Shown piece after piece: positions 27,908 through 42,099 of a DNA stretch of 64,000 nt. The first letter of the stretch is position 1, and each line of letters opens with the position of its first letter. The position numbers and the translations under genes are program-made. The notes below the pieces were generated by a model that did no database searches, had not been told where the DNA came from, and saw only the letters and a program-made list of their open reading frames with translations. Location: positions 62,001 through 126,000 of the forward strand of contig CT868055.1 in assembly GCA_000165425.1 (NCBI GenBank), written 5' to 3'. The stretch is from Paramecium tetraurelia. Lineage: Eukaryota.

Positions 27908-30900
27908 ATGTTTCCAAAGTAAATTTAATATAGTCAATCTCAAAAGACGAGTGATTATAGCTTATCTAGTCAACAATTTAACTAGCGACCTTTTCGATAT
28001 GATAACCAATAATCAAGTAAAGCACCTTGGTAGAAACTTAAGTCAAATGAAACCGACAATGATCCAATAACAAGACGTGACAGAACAGTTAAATCAATAG
28101 TAAACAATGGCTGTTATATTAGACTGTCATATAAGAAATATTTAGTTGCAGCAATTAAAAAAAACTGATAAAATTAGTTAGTTCATTTCTATAGTAAGAA
28201 CAGCAATTAACTCAGATTGGTGAGCAATTTGACAAATAGCAAATAGTTTCACTCTTCTTAAAAATTCATCAGATGCAAAGTCCATAACTTGTGTAATTTT
28301 TACATTTACTTTATGATTCTCTGTTTTCTTTAGATTCATCAGTTAGTTCTAAGATTTACACATATCAAGATGTTCTTAAATATATGCTTCTATCAAATTA
28401 TGAATAAATATAAGGGCAAGCAGGGTAATTGACCAGAATACTTGAGATTTTATCAGAGATGCAGATTCTGAATCCTGATTTCATAGCATTTGAGGAAGAG
28501 TTTCAAATTGATATGGAAGAAGTATAACATCACATTATAAATTAGATTTCAAATTCATTTAACAAAGTCTAATTGCGAATCCTGTTTTTAGTAAGTTCAA
28601 TAGATATACTAAGAGCTTTGAAAGGTTCAGTAGCTTTGTTTGAATAATTAGAATCGTTTGTGTTTTCTTAACTCAAGAGTAGTTAGATGCCAAATATTAG
28701 TGATATGCAAACTCTTGTATATGCTTATATTCTCTTAAGTGAATAATTAGATATTGCTAATAGACTTGGCTATTCAAAATAAGCAGTAGAGATTATAGGT
28801 AAATCTTCAGATTATTCAATTTATGAATTAAAAAAGAGATTTATTAATAATGCAATGAGATTATCATAAAAATATTTAGGATCTTAAGTTAGCGATTAAC
28901 TAACAAGTATGAATAGATCATTCAGTCCTGGATTCAATAGATAACCAACGACTCGTTTCAATTAATCAGATAGTGCATCCTATTAATTTCTAGTTAATCA
29001 ATTGAAAGTGAATTACACTTTAAATAATGAAGAAAACTTTTAAATTGATTTTAAATGCAACAATTTATTGACAAGTCCCATGATCTATTAATTAATGGAT
29101 AAGTAATTTAAAAATAAATATTTTAGGTTAGTGCCATAATTAGTAAAAAAAGAAAAAGTGAATTCCATTTTTACTGAGTAAAGTCAAATGGAGAAAAAAA
29201 GTTAGCCACTTATTGTAAAAAAACAATTCTCAATTAAATAATTGAAATAAGAGAACATGATTTAATCTCAAACTCAAAATTAAGTATCCACTCCTTCACA
29301 AAAGAATTCATAGCAGGTAAAAATAATTAATAAAATCAGATGTCTTAAACCTAAGGATTTCAAACTTCCTAAATCAAATAACAAGCCAATATCAGTGTCA
29401 AACCAGGTTTAGATTCTAATGAATTTGAAATTCTATAAAATAAATTAGGTCGTCAATAACAAGAATTGGAAGAATTAAAATAATTGTATAATACTAATAT
29501 GGCTCAAAAAAAAAATGAACTCAATTAATCAAATTAGCAAAACTAATAAAACGATTAACTGAAGAAAAAGATTGAAGTTCTAGAGACTAATTTAGTATAA
29601 TTGAAAAATGAAAACACCACTTATAAAAAGGAGAAAGACTAAAAATAAAGTGAAGTCAATGAGTTAAGATCCTTTATATAAGATTTGCAAGATAAATAGC
29701 TAAAATTAGAAAAATCAGTTTAATCACAATAATAATAATATCAATAGTAATAATAATAATTTTAATTGTAATTGCAATAATAATAATAACAAGCATCACC
29801 ATAACTACCAAATCCAAATCCTTCATAACAATATTTAAAGAAATAACAAAGTAGCTAATCAACCAAAGCAAATACGTAATTATAGATGAATATTTAAATT
29901 CCAAATAATAATGATGACAAGAACAGACTATTTGTGAGAGCCTAAAGTTAAATGAGTCATTCTCCAGGGGAAGAATTTAAAAATGAAATGGATGATACAA
30001 GTCCTAGAATTATAAAATAGAATTAAGCCTATTTACTTTAATTATTAGATATGTTAGATTTGAATACATCTTTCACTAAAACTTATACCAAATTTCATTC
30101 AAATAATGAAAATAATTCTTGGGAAAGTGATGTATCAATTGTCCATAATTTTAAAATAGAAGGGTTAATAACAGATTCAAATGAAGGCAAAGCACTTATG
30201 CTCAAAGCTTATAATCAATAGAATCTATTATGCTCAGAATAGATATCGTTTGATCTCTTAAAAAATCTTCTTGGCTATGTTGACTTTTAAGATACTCTTC
30301 CAACAAATCTACCTAACATCAGTACAACTCACTAATTCTTTAAATTTTTAATGTTACCATATACTGCAATTGTACAGGATGAAAACACTTAGCAATATAA
30401 AATTTAATTATGGCCTAAACCTTATGGATTATTGAATGGATTAAATTTGAAGGTAGATTTCTTAGATCTTAATTGTCTAGTCTATGTTCATCATCTAGAA
30501 ACTGATCAATTTAGAATTATTATATTTGACCCTTCAAGTTATGATTGTTTCAAATTAGATTTAGAAATGGACTACTCTTCTATCGACGCTTTCTTTGTAG
30601 ATGCAAAATCAATTAAGGATGAATTCAACTATTATTGTAAGAGTAATTTGTTAAAATTGACTGAAAAAACACCTAAGTTTGGAGATGATGATGTTGCTGA
30701 AGCCTTAGTAGAAAGACATTTTTCAAAAGAAAAAGTAAAAGCAGTTTAGGCTGAAATTAAATAAAATTAATCTTATGGCCAAGAAAATCTAGTCTTAAAA
30801 TAGCCAGTTGACTTTCTGAAATTCATAAAATCAATTGTTTAAGTCTTTGAATAATAGCTCAAATAACAATAAATTACTTTTCCTAATAGTTTATTTGGTA

Positions 30901-31701
30901 TGAAATATTTCAGATGCAAGACTTGGAATGCTGGCACTAAAAGTTAAATACAAATTGTAAAAGAACAATTAGATCAATAATAAATTTCTATATATTTGGC
31001 TAATTGTTTTGAATCTTTTGGACCAAACAAATCAAAACTTAAGGCTAAAGGAAGCACCCATATTAACTTTTCGGCTATTCAAAGAGAATTTGCTGTCTCC
31101 TATGATAAATTATAAATAGAAGAAAGAGCAACTATTTTATAAACTATTTTATATTCATTCAACTTGAATATTTTTGAGAAGGTATGTGAATAGGATGAAT
31201 AACAGTTTGATAAAAACCCTATTGTCTAAAGTGTTTATGATTGCGGCTCTTACCGAAGGTATTAATATTTAAAATATCTATATTAGAGTCATCGCCTTTG
31301 ATAATGGCAAAATTGCTTAGGTGACTATCTAAGTAATTGGATCAAACAGAAGAATGTGCGGTATTAAATTTTCTGTTTTCAATGTTGATGAAACCATTGA
31401 GAATGGAGTATTTTTGCCAGTTTCATAAAGCGAATGGGATACTAGAGCGATGGAAAAATAAAAAATTAAAGCATCTGTTCAAAATGTCCCATTTGCAGAA
31501 TACTTATTGACTTAAATTCTTAAGTGTCCAACAACTTAAATTGTAAATATTATAATTGATTCTTAGATTTTGTTTAAAAAGATATTGAATGCTGATTTCA
31601 AATCAAATTAAATTAATAGTAATGAAATTAAGAAAAGAAAGACTTTCATTGAAAGAGTGGACAATCTATTAACCTGGCAAGAAGTAATTGCAAATTTATG
31701 A
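27908..31701 (+). CDS. Large hypothetical protein (helical N-terminal region, Q/N-rich linker, globular C-terminal region)
   Basis: MFPKQIQYSQ..., long code-6 exons including ORF-track fragment 30432-30749; ends WQEVIANL*; could be two genes. Confidence 0.65.
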
Positions 31702-31810
31702 GTATTAGATTAATTAATATCAATTCTAAATCACTAATATTTTTAATTCTTAGTTCTGTAGAATGATCCAATTTTGCATTTAATAAACATAATTTATAAA
31801 AAATTATTAA

Positions 31811-33998
31811 TCACAATAAATCAATCTAATTTTACTATTTTTTAACAATTTTTGAAATCGTACTTCCTTTGTTGACAGACTAGAACTATGAAATAATGAC
31901 AGATTCATTATAGTTTTGTGATTTTAGAATCTATGAATTCTAAATGTCTAATTTTAATTGATAATTTTCCCTTTAATAAAATAAAAAAATACGATTCTAA
32001 TTATTGAATTCTAGAAAGTTTTGCTTATAAAGTTTAACTTGAAGTTTATTGATGGGATCTTCTTAAGGACTCTTCTTAGATATACTTTTTTTAGAGATCT
32101 TGTATTTATGAATGCAATTTATAATTTTCTTCATAAACACCAACTTCTTCCAAATTCAATTGTTTTTTCAACTTATTAAGTTAATCGTATTGGTAATCAT
32201 ATTTTTCTTATAATTCTGTTACTTTTAAAATTCTATTTTCTAAATCCTTAAGAAGTCGATTGTTTTATGTTGTTAAATTGAGCAATTCACTATTATTTTT
32301 CATAAGTTGTAATTAATAATTTTTAACATCTTCATTTAATTTAGATATTTCAGCTTCTTGGCTTTGAATTTGTTTTGTATATACTAAGGTTTAGCTTTCG
32401 TAGACTTTATTTAACTACTTTATCTTATTCTTCTCTTAAAATGCCTTTGTTTTAAGCTCATCTATTTCTTTAAGTAAATCTGTCATATTTTATGTTTCTA
32501 TTTTTTCAATAGAATGTTCACTTAATAATAGTTGAGCATTTTAAGTTTGTGCTCTTTATAAGTTTTCTAAATGTTTAGATAGTTATTAAATGTTTTCATC
32601 TTTTTATTAGAGTTGTTGTTTAAATACATCAATTTAAGTATATAATTCTTGAATTTCATTTTCTCTATTTATTTGAAGTTATTCAATTTATTATTGATAA
32701 CTCAAATTAGATTATTATAATCTATCTGATTCCAGCAATGAATTTTTAAAATTTGTTTAAACTTCTTAATAGTCAATAGATCTCATATCTAAATCAGTTA
32801 TCAATTATGAGTTTTACTCTTTCAATTATTAATTATCCTTTAACAACTGTAAGATTTATTCTTCTAATTTAATAATTTTAACCTTGTTATCATCCTTTTT
32901 TAATTGATCAATAATATAGTTCTTTTCTTCCAATTCCTTAGTTAATTTATTATTTTAGATTTCTAATTCTTTGATTGTCACTTCCTTATTTACTTTTGGT
33001 TATGTTTTAATCATTTTAGCTCTAACTCCGAATCTAAGAGTACTGACTGTCTCAGATTCATTAGTAATACAAGGACTGCAAGTGATAATCAGGGAAGTCA
33101 TGGAATTTTTACTTAATCCGTTCCATAACAGTTTTGTTAGATTAGATTCTCTAAAAGGTACATGTTATTATTTTTCTGATAATCCATTAATTACATTAGA
33201 CTAAAATTATAATTAATAAGATTTACTAAAGTTAGCAGACTCTTATTAATGAATGCTCCTTCTTGCAATGAGGTACCAGTCGTTCCTGCTTTGGATGCAT
33301 TTTCACTACCTGCAAGATCAGCCATAATCAATTACCCTGTGTAAGATGTCCCTTCAATTTCATTATTCATAATTACGGTCTAATAGAATTTTAATAGTTT
33401 TTACCATTTAAAATAACAGATGAGATCTGGAAGACATATCATTAAGATTAGTATATCCAACTTATCTGTTGACCAAACCTTTTTATAAGGCATTGTAAAT
33501 TTCATCTTTATCGCTGACCCATAATTATGTTACCTATTGAATATAGAATCCTTAGTTAGCCATCTCTCTTACTTTTAAATCTTATTTATTGATATCTAAA
33601 AGATCCTTAACCTTTTCTTTATATATCTCCACAATTGAGATTTTAATTCGAAATTCAGATTCTGTTGGAGAGCTCTCTATGGCATCAAACAAATCATTGA
33701 TGGTTCTTTTTATGATTCCTGGTTATTATTAATCACCAATCATTGTGTATGTTTTACCAGATGATGTTTGCCCATACATTAGCAAAGTGGCGTTGAATCC
33801 TTAGAGAATTTAATCTATAATAGGTTTTCCTATTTCATCATACACCTATTATTAGTTTGCGTTACTATCAAGGATTTTATCAAAAGTAAACTTTTACTCA
33901 CCTAATTACATTGTTTAATCCCTAATGTTGTAGTTAATTAGAGATGTTTCTTTCTGATTTAAAGGTCGGATTCTGCAGAACACTTTAATATTGCTCAT
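31811..33998 (-). CDS. Kinesin motor protein (kinesin-1/KHC-like N-terminal motor plus coiled coil)
   Basis: MSNIKVFCRIRPLN, YGQTSSGKTYTM (P-loop), SSRSH (switch I), DLAGSE (switch II), INKSLLTL, HVPFRESNLT, STLRFG; Q/E/K-rich coiled-coil tail. Confidence 0.95.
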
Positions 33999-34058
33999 AG
34001 TTTAGATTAGTATTAAATCTGATTAAATATTATTACAATAATATTAAATAAAATTAAA

Positions 34059-34751
34059 TCATTACCATCTAAAATATTCATGTAAATTATTCTTAGTATT
34101 TTCATCATCCTCTTAATTATAAGGGTAAGCGAGTTATATCGGATTATCTAGAGATTATTATTAATTTAAATAAGTTTTGGATTTTGAATTATTTACTTTC
34201 TAAAGTTTTGGAATGCCTTTTGCCTATTAGGTCTCAAATTTAGTGTATATTGTCTTTAAAGAAATCTAGTCGTAATTCTAAATTTTAAGCCTTAGTTGAA
34301 GTAGTTATTAAAGTATGAAATACTTTTTGTTTTAATTCAGGTCTAAGATTAAAAGATATAGAAGTTATAATACTGTGTTACTTCTTGCTATACAGCAGTA
34401 AATTTAAATTTAGAAGTATTTTTCATTTAATTTTGCCTGAATAATTCTAAATTTTCAAAGATTCTTGATGTTATAAACAATAATTCTTAATAATTATATT
34501 ACCATCAAACTCTTTTTCTTAATAACTATCTATAAATGATGGTTTAATAATTGGCGAAATAGGATTACTGCCTTAATTTAAAAGTTTGCTTAATATTTTC
34601 GTTTAATTTTCTTCCAATATTTCTACTTGGTTAGTGTATCTGGTTTTGAATTAAACCGACTTAATTCTTCTTATTACTTTTAATTCATTCTCTCTATATT
34701 GTTTATAAGTTAATGTTGATCTTATACTTAAGAATTAATTATTCTTTTCAT
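34059..34751 (-). CDS. Hypothetical protein (boundaries uncertain)
   Basis: MKRIINSQVQDQHQL...QKYWKKIKRKYQ...AVILFRQLL; intron structure not resolved. Confidence 0.35.
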
Positions 34752-34826
34752 GTTTCAATTGACTTTTACTTAAAAATAATTCAATGACATTTTATTTTTA
34801 ATATTTAATTATTAATATTTCTTATA

Positions 34827-36675
34827 ATGTCTGACGATAAATTAGCTTTTCAATTAGATGTCCTTGAGTACGATTGGTTAATACTAGGCACTGGATATGA
34901 AGAAACCCTTTATAGTGCACATCTCAGCAAAGTATCAAAATAACAGGTAATTCTATAATATTCATTCAAAAGAATCTAGTCCTTGACTTTGGCAATACTT
35001 ATTCAAGCAACATTCGAACAATGAATTTCAAGGAATTCCACAAATTAGATTCAGAATTACCCACCGAAGAACAATTTCCATATCTTCATAAGAGACCAGT
35101 CTTTAGAATCCTTGAACTCGATTAAAAACAAGAATAAATCAATAATTACTTTGCTACAAAAATCAATTCAGGATAGGAGTTCAAACATTTTAACATCGAT
35201 ATGCAACCAAAATTGCTTTTTAGTAATAGTCCTGCTGTTTCAATAATGTAATAAGCAGATTTAGATTAATATATGGATTTTAAGGCTGTCGAATCCCAAT
35301 TTTTCTTTGATTAAACTACAAAGACATTTAAATTAACACCAACCTCTAAGAGTGATATTTTCAAATGCTAATTTCTAAGTCTAAGTGAAAAAAAATAATT
35401 TTTTTAAGTAATCTATTAATTAATGAATAGCTATTACATACACTTGTGAAAATATTTCATAAAGTAATTAATTATTAAGTTGATCAAAATTCAACACAAG
35501 AGTTTGACCAAAATACTACTCAATTAGATGAAGATACCTACTAAAAGTATTTAGAATTCAAAGATAAATAAGCAATACTATTTTTGAATGAAATTACATC
35601 TAAATCACTGAACAAAGACAAGGTCTATTCAATATTATTTTATTCAATTTGTTTCATTACATAGAGTTTTCATAATCAAAACAATCTCATAACAACCTAA
35701 GAATTTATTACTAAGTTCGGTAAATGCATTAAATCAATGGGTATTCATAGTAAATCTCCCTTCCTATACACAAATTATGGAACTGGAGATATTCCATAAG
35801 GATTTTGCAGAATATCAGCTGTTCATGGATCAGTGTTTATAACTTAAAGTTAAATAAGAATACATAAAATAGAGAAAGAAGATAATCAATATCTAATATC
35901 ATCTAATTTACATGAAAATAAGATTAAAATCAAATAAGGAATAATAATGAATAAATAGATCTATGATTCTTATGTTAATTTGAATTAACCAAACAATGAG
36001 TAGAATACTCAATAATAATAAAATTATGTTTTGATGAGATTGATATTGATTACAGCAAAAGATTAAAATGTTTTATGTGAAGAAGTGAGATCTTTAATAC
36101 TTGATTAATTAGATGAGTATCAAAGTACTCTACATTAATTGGATCCAAGTATATATGTAATCCCATGTAAACAATTCAGCAGCAATCCTATATATATATT
36201 TAGAACAGATAGTAACAGCAACAGTGCTTATAAAGACTATGAATTATTTTATGTTTGGACATTGCTCGACAAACATGAAGGAAAGGAATTGAAAGAGACA
36301 TTGAAGTAAATTGTTGTGGATATTGATTTAAAATATAACGAAAATGAGTCGAAAAGCATTAACTACATTTGTTATGAAAAAGTGTTATTGTAAGAGATGA
36401 CCAAAAAAGAATATAAGTTTCAGCCAGACCCACAGGAAAATATGTAATGAATGTAATTTATAATTAGTTTTGTGACCACTGAAGATAACGATGACTTAGA
36501 TTTGGATGCCTAAACGAAAGCCTTTATGGGAAATGTTAAGACAGTGAATAAGAATTTTGAAGAACAATACTATATGGTTGAAAAGGTAGCTAAATAATAA
36601 TAACAAATTGAGTAAGAAATAGATAATCAGCAGTACATATTGAACTAATTAATGAATATAAAACAAAAGGAGTGA
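34827..36675 (+). CDS. Rab escort protein / GDI-CHM family
   Basis: YDWLILGTGYEETLYSAHLS, FNIDMQPKLLFS, PTSKSDIFK, PFLYTNYGTGDIPQGFCRISAVHG; the long acidic tail favours REP over GDI. Confidence 0.9.
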
Positions 36676-36704
36676 TTATTTTAATTATTATTATTTAATC
36701 TCCA

Positions 36705-38110
36705 ATGAAGACTTCATCATACTCCTTCATTGGAATTCGCAAACATTTTTGGAAGGAAGTTTTTTATAATATCTAACTATACTAAGATGCCATAGAGATG
36801 ACAGAAATTGTAATATTCAATTTTTATTCAGAAATCTAAATCGCCAAAATACATTCTGCCATTGAAGCTGTCAACTGTTATAGAGATTACAGGATAGGTA
36901 AGCAAAAATAATAGGAATTTCAGTGGATTCCAGTTTAAATACAAAGACACGACTAAACTAATGAATTGTAGATCATCAGATATAGCAATGTAAGTATGCT
37001 TATTATGATTAGTTTTATGGATATGGTAAGCAACTAAATAACTTTCCTAAATATCACTATGTTTTATTAGGCTATTGAAATCATAGGAAGAGGCAGTTCA
37101 TCAAGTGTTTCTGTTTTGATCGATACTTATTCATAAGAACAATTTGCTGTCAAAAGTATCGATAAAGAATACTTGTAGAAGAATGATAAGCTATAGGTAA
37201 TGTTTGATATAATGTAGATCTTATTTGAAAATGAGGTCAAGATCTTGTAAGAATTGACAAAGTACAACAATCAAAATTATTTTGTGCATTTATACAGAGT
37301 ATTTGAGAGCAAAACATCTTACTATCTAATCTAGAATCTCATGAAAGGTAAATCACTAACAGCCTACTACAATAAAATCAAAGTAAGCAATAATGTTAAA
37401 TTGTTTGAAATTAGAAATAATCAGATACCAAGTTATTCTCTTCCGACATTATTAAATTAATCATGAGGAGACTCCTTTCTGGTGTTTCACTTCTGCATTG
37501 TCATCGAGTATGAAATATTTCTATATCAGATAATCCACAGGGATCTCAAGCCTGATAATCTCTTACTTCTGGAACCAAATAATGTAGATACCCTAGCCAT
37601 AGCTGATTTTGGACTAGCAACCTATAGTAATGTAGAAAAGTAAAATTCTTAACTATCCAATAGATATTCTTATCCAATTTGTGGAACCAAAGGGTACATG
37701 GCACCAGAGATCACCCATTACAAAGATGGATAGATTAAATACGATGAACAAATTGATATCTACAGTATTGGTGTCATTTTTATTTGGCTGTATTTTTTTT
37801 ATAATCCTAGACTCACTGGAGATATCGATAGACATAATCCTAAATTATTAAAGTTAGATTCCATTACTTAAAATTTAATGAACAACCTTTTAAAATCAAA
37901 TCCAAAAGAAAGATTGTCAGCTCAAGCAGCACTTGATCATCCTTATTTCTAAACTGATGAAACTACTAAGAAGACTTTTCAATCCTAATATGGATTTGTA
38001 ACTCCAATTTTATATTCTAGGAAAATGTTGATTGCGATAGTATTATACAACATGAAGATTTGAAAAACTATTATTTGCCTATGATGAAGAAACCTCAAAG
38101 ATAAATATGA
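36705..38110 (+). CDS. Ser/Thr kinase (CAMK-like) with N-terminal PH-like domain
   Basis: N-terminal GIRKHFWK...PKYILPL..; IGRGSSSSV, FAVK, IHRDLKPDN, ADFGLA, CGTKGYMAPE; many short introns. Confidence 0.9.
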
Positions 38111-38214
38111 AATACACTTTCTCTATCTAACTATGTTAATCTCTTCGAATTTATTAAAATTTATTAATCACTCATTCTTATATTGATAGATAGTATACAT
38201 AATAATTTATTTTA

Positions 38215-39209
38215 ATGTTGAAAAAATATCTCTCCTACTATCCATCTAATGCATAACAATTGTAAAATCCCACATAAACTAAAATAAGTTTCATTATATT
38301 TCTACTATTGAAGTTGGGCTTTCAAGGATTTTTTGGTAGTTATGTAAGTGTTTGAAGTAATTGGTTATTTATTTAACCTCTCACTTTAATTGAATATATC
38401 AAAGACTCTGATCTTTTCATGAGATAAACACGATATATCCCCGTTTTATCGTCTCAATTGAAGGTTTTTTCCATTTTACGAAGTCGATCGAAATTTAAGG
38501 GTATCATCTCTTTACGTTGTTTGCAGATCCAAACCGTATTGATTGAAACCTCTAATAGACGGAAAATTATCTTATTCTAGTTTGACCTTATTAATTACTA
38601 AGTTTATTGTGTTCAGAAGGCTTACTTGATTTAGGTGGTTATGAGATAGTCTATTGAATAGCTAAAGGACTATTTTAAATTGATCTTAGATTTAGTTACA
38701 TTTCAGGAGTACCAGACCTAATTGTTGTCGAAGATATATCTAAATTTTAAGTGAATATCTATAAAAATAAGTTGAAAATCTCTCCAAATAATGTAGATAA
38801 TCAAGACCAGAATAATACATTTCATAGACAATCTGGTAAGCCATCATCAATTCATAGTAAATTAAATGAATCAAAAGATATTCTCCAATATATGATATCA
38901 AATTAAACAAATAAATAATAAACTAAATGGACAAACGAAGCACAAGGGACTTAAAAAAAAAAATATTTCTTTCATTCCCCATAACATAAGGAATCTGTAG
39001 AGTTTAGTTCTAAAAGTATAATAAATCACATAATAAACTATGAAAATTCCCAAAGCTAAAATATTCTAGATTTACTGTTACTTTCAACTTAAGAACTTAA
39101 CAACAAATTAAAAAAGAAATCAATTCTCAGAAATTAATCAGAAGAGAAAATACCTATAAAAATAAAAGTTAGAGCAGGTAGTGGATTCCCTAAAGACTTC
39201 TTTGAATGA
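38215..39209 (+). CDS. Hypothetical protein (5' structure uncertain)
   Basis: Long code-6 exon ending KVRAGSGFPKDFFE*; start codon is tentative. Confidence 0.55.
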
Positions 39210-39228
39210 ATAATTACTATGTAAATTA

Positions 39229-40717
39229 TCAATCGCAATTCAATCTTCTTTTCATCACATCTTTAATTTTGTCAACCCACAATTAAGCCGGATGTTCACA
39301 TTCCTTTATTTATATCATTTAATTTACTTTAAAATAGTACTTCTTTTTACTAGGCACATCAATATTAAATTACCCTTTCAATAATTCTATTGTTACAGAT
39401 TTGTCTAAAATAATCTAACCCTTTTGTAAAGCTATAACAGATTCTTTATACCTTTTTTAATCCAGTATTAGGATCGAAATATTCTAATTTAGGAATTTCG
39501 AAATCATACAATATCATATTTCGTAATTTATAGATCATCCAACCTAAATTTATCAGAATGTCTAACCTGTTTTCTTGTTAACCAAACCAGTTATCACTAC
39601 TTCTGGTTTCAATGCGGCACTTGGCTTTTTTTGAGCGAATTCCTAAGTTGATATCTTTTTTAAATGTATTTAAACATCATCAGGTCCTTTTTGATTCCAC
39701 AACTGTTACCAGTTGATATCCTTAAAGAATGGATGACCCTTTAGTTCTCTATATGTGTTTTTAGAATCTAATAATAATAACGTCTTATTACTGGGCAATC
39801 CTCCTCCTAATCTGCTTAATGGATCTCTGACTAACAATTTATTTATTAAATCCATTCCATCTTATGGAATTTTATTATTTTTAGGATACTGACAAGATCG
39901 AACCTTCTAAAATACTAAATATTCGGTCTAATCACAAAACGGAGTTGTTCCAGTGAACATTTTATAAATTATGCAGCCCAAAGCCCATAAATCTGCTTAT
40001 GGACCACAAATATCATCTTCCAAAAGTTCCGGTGATACGTATTCTGCCGTTCCCACAAAGGTAGCCTTATGTTTCTATTGGTATTAGTCTATTTCGTCTA
40101 AAAATCTCTCATCCTATTTGCTAATCTCTCTTAATTCATTCAATTTATCGCGAACATTATCTGGTAAATTATGCTCATCAAAAAAGCTAGCTGTCCCAAA
40201 ATCTATCATTTTTATATGTAAATTATTTGCCACCATTATGTTTTCTGGCTTTAACATCATCTAAAATTTATTACTTTCACATCCCTATGCGCAATCCCAT
40301 TAGAATGCAATTGTTCCAATATTGTTACTATTTCTGCAGTATAAAATACTATAGAATTATAAGACATGTTTCCTAAAATCACAATCTGCCATTACTATTT
40401 ATTTTTAAGAAATTAGCAAAATCTCCTCCTTCCATAAACTCTAAGACTAGGTATATTTATGCTGAACTTTGAAAACTAGCTATCATATTAATCAAACCAG
40501 GATGTTTAATCCTTGACAACACTTCCTTCTCAATAAACACTTGATATTGTTTTTTTTCCTAGTCTATGTTTACATTATTAACCTTAATCAGCAATCTTTT
40601 CTCCATCGCTTTTATTGCTACTAATTATCCATTTGCTTTGCATTTCGCTAACATTACATCCCCATAAGAACCAGATCCTAATTTCTCTATAATTTCATAA
40701 TCATTTAGAGTATTCAT
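39229..40717 (-). CDS. PDK1: 3-phosphoinositide-dependent kinase 1 (PDK1) homolog
   Basis: LGSGSYGDV, AHRD..KPEN, IDFGTA, ATFVGTAEYVSPELL, ADLWALGCIIY; C-terminal PH domain (GLVNKKTG..RNMILYD..KLEYFDP...WVDKI). Confidence 0.92.
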
Positions 40718-42099
40718 TTTTATAAATAAAATTAATTAACAAAAACATAACTCGTATAATCCAAAAAATTATTGTTATAATAATATTTTTATCATTTAAT
40801 TTTTGATTTCTTTCAATTATTTACTGTTATTTCTTAGTATTAATAATAGAATAAATATATTAGACTTAAAAAAATTATATAAATGAATTTATGTTAAAAG
40901 AAATCAGAGAGATATTCAAGAGTCTGGTGACAATCTTTAGAGTTTAGTAGTGATTTTTAATGAAATTAATATAAATACATTAATTTCTAACATCATTCTA
41001 TGATTCTTGTGTTCAAATTTTAACTCTAATTAATGAATGATAATATAAGCAATCATTTAAGATTTAAATAAAAATATTCCCAAGTTTGTTCAAAAAATTG
41101 AATGATTAGTAATAAACATTGAAAAATTAATCATTTCATTCAATTTTGATAATTTTAAACTCAAAATATAGTAGATTATAAAATTGTATTGGATTTAAAA
41201 TGGAAATATATGACATTTTAATCTAAAAATGCATAAAATATGCATAAAAATGTAATTAATATATAATTTTGATTATAAAAATAAAATGAAATGTAAATGT
41301 TTAATTGAAATTATCTGAGTTTCGAACTCATCTTTGAGAAAAGTTCTTATAGCAATAGGATTCTTAATAAATTCGACTAAAAAGTACTTCTTTTCTCTCT
41401 ATTATTTTAAAAAAATGTCAATTCTTTTTCTTTTTATAATAATTTTTTCATGAAATAGTGTTAAGATGTATAAACATTAAAATCAAATTTACTTTTCAAT
41501 TAACCAGGTTTAAATTTGATTATTATTAATTATTTACTTTGACTTAATTAATTATATACATCGAGCAAGACAAAAATAAAGTAATCTCTTTTTATTCCTA
41601 TAGATAAGAGTAAACGTATTCAATTCATCATTTGATGCTAATAATTCAATTAGGAGATTTATATCGATTGTCGATTTGGAAGATCTTGATAATTCATTTG
41701 ATTCATCATATTAATTGCAAAATTAAAATTATCTATATATTTATAAATATGATTAAATATTTAGAGATTTTGGCGAGTAGAGTTCAGAATATGCTTTGGA
41801 TGGATGCAACTGATATTCCTTATAGCAACCTTATGTGTTGTTAAATTCACTTTAACTAAACTTGAATAAAAAGTATTTTTTAATTCATTTAATAATTCAT
41901 TCTAAAATGCGAGATATTTTGCAACTGGATATATATTTATTAACAGCATTTTTTCAGTCTTATAATATAAATTCATTATAAAATGTTTATAAAACTAATA
42001 TACCTCCTAAAATGATGATAGTCATAAATAATATCTTGTATTTATAAACAACCAGGATTAGAAAATATGTCGACCAACCTTTACTAATCTATAAAGGAA

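Noticed and set aside
29700..29810. (AAT)n-type tandem repeats as a repeat array or CRISPR
   Set aside because: These are poly-Gln/Asn codons (TAA/CAA/AAT) inside a CDS, with no repeat-spacer structure.
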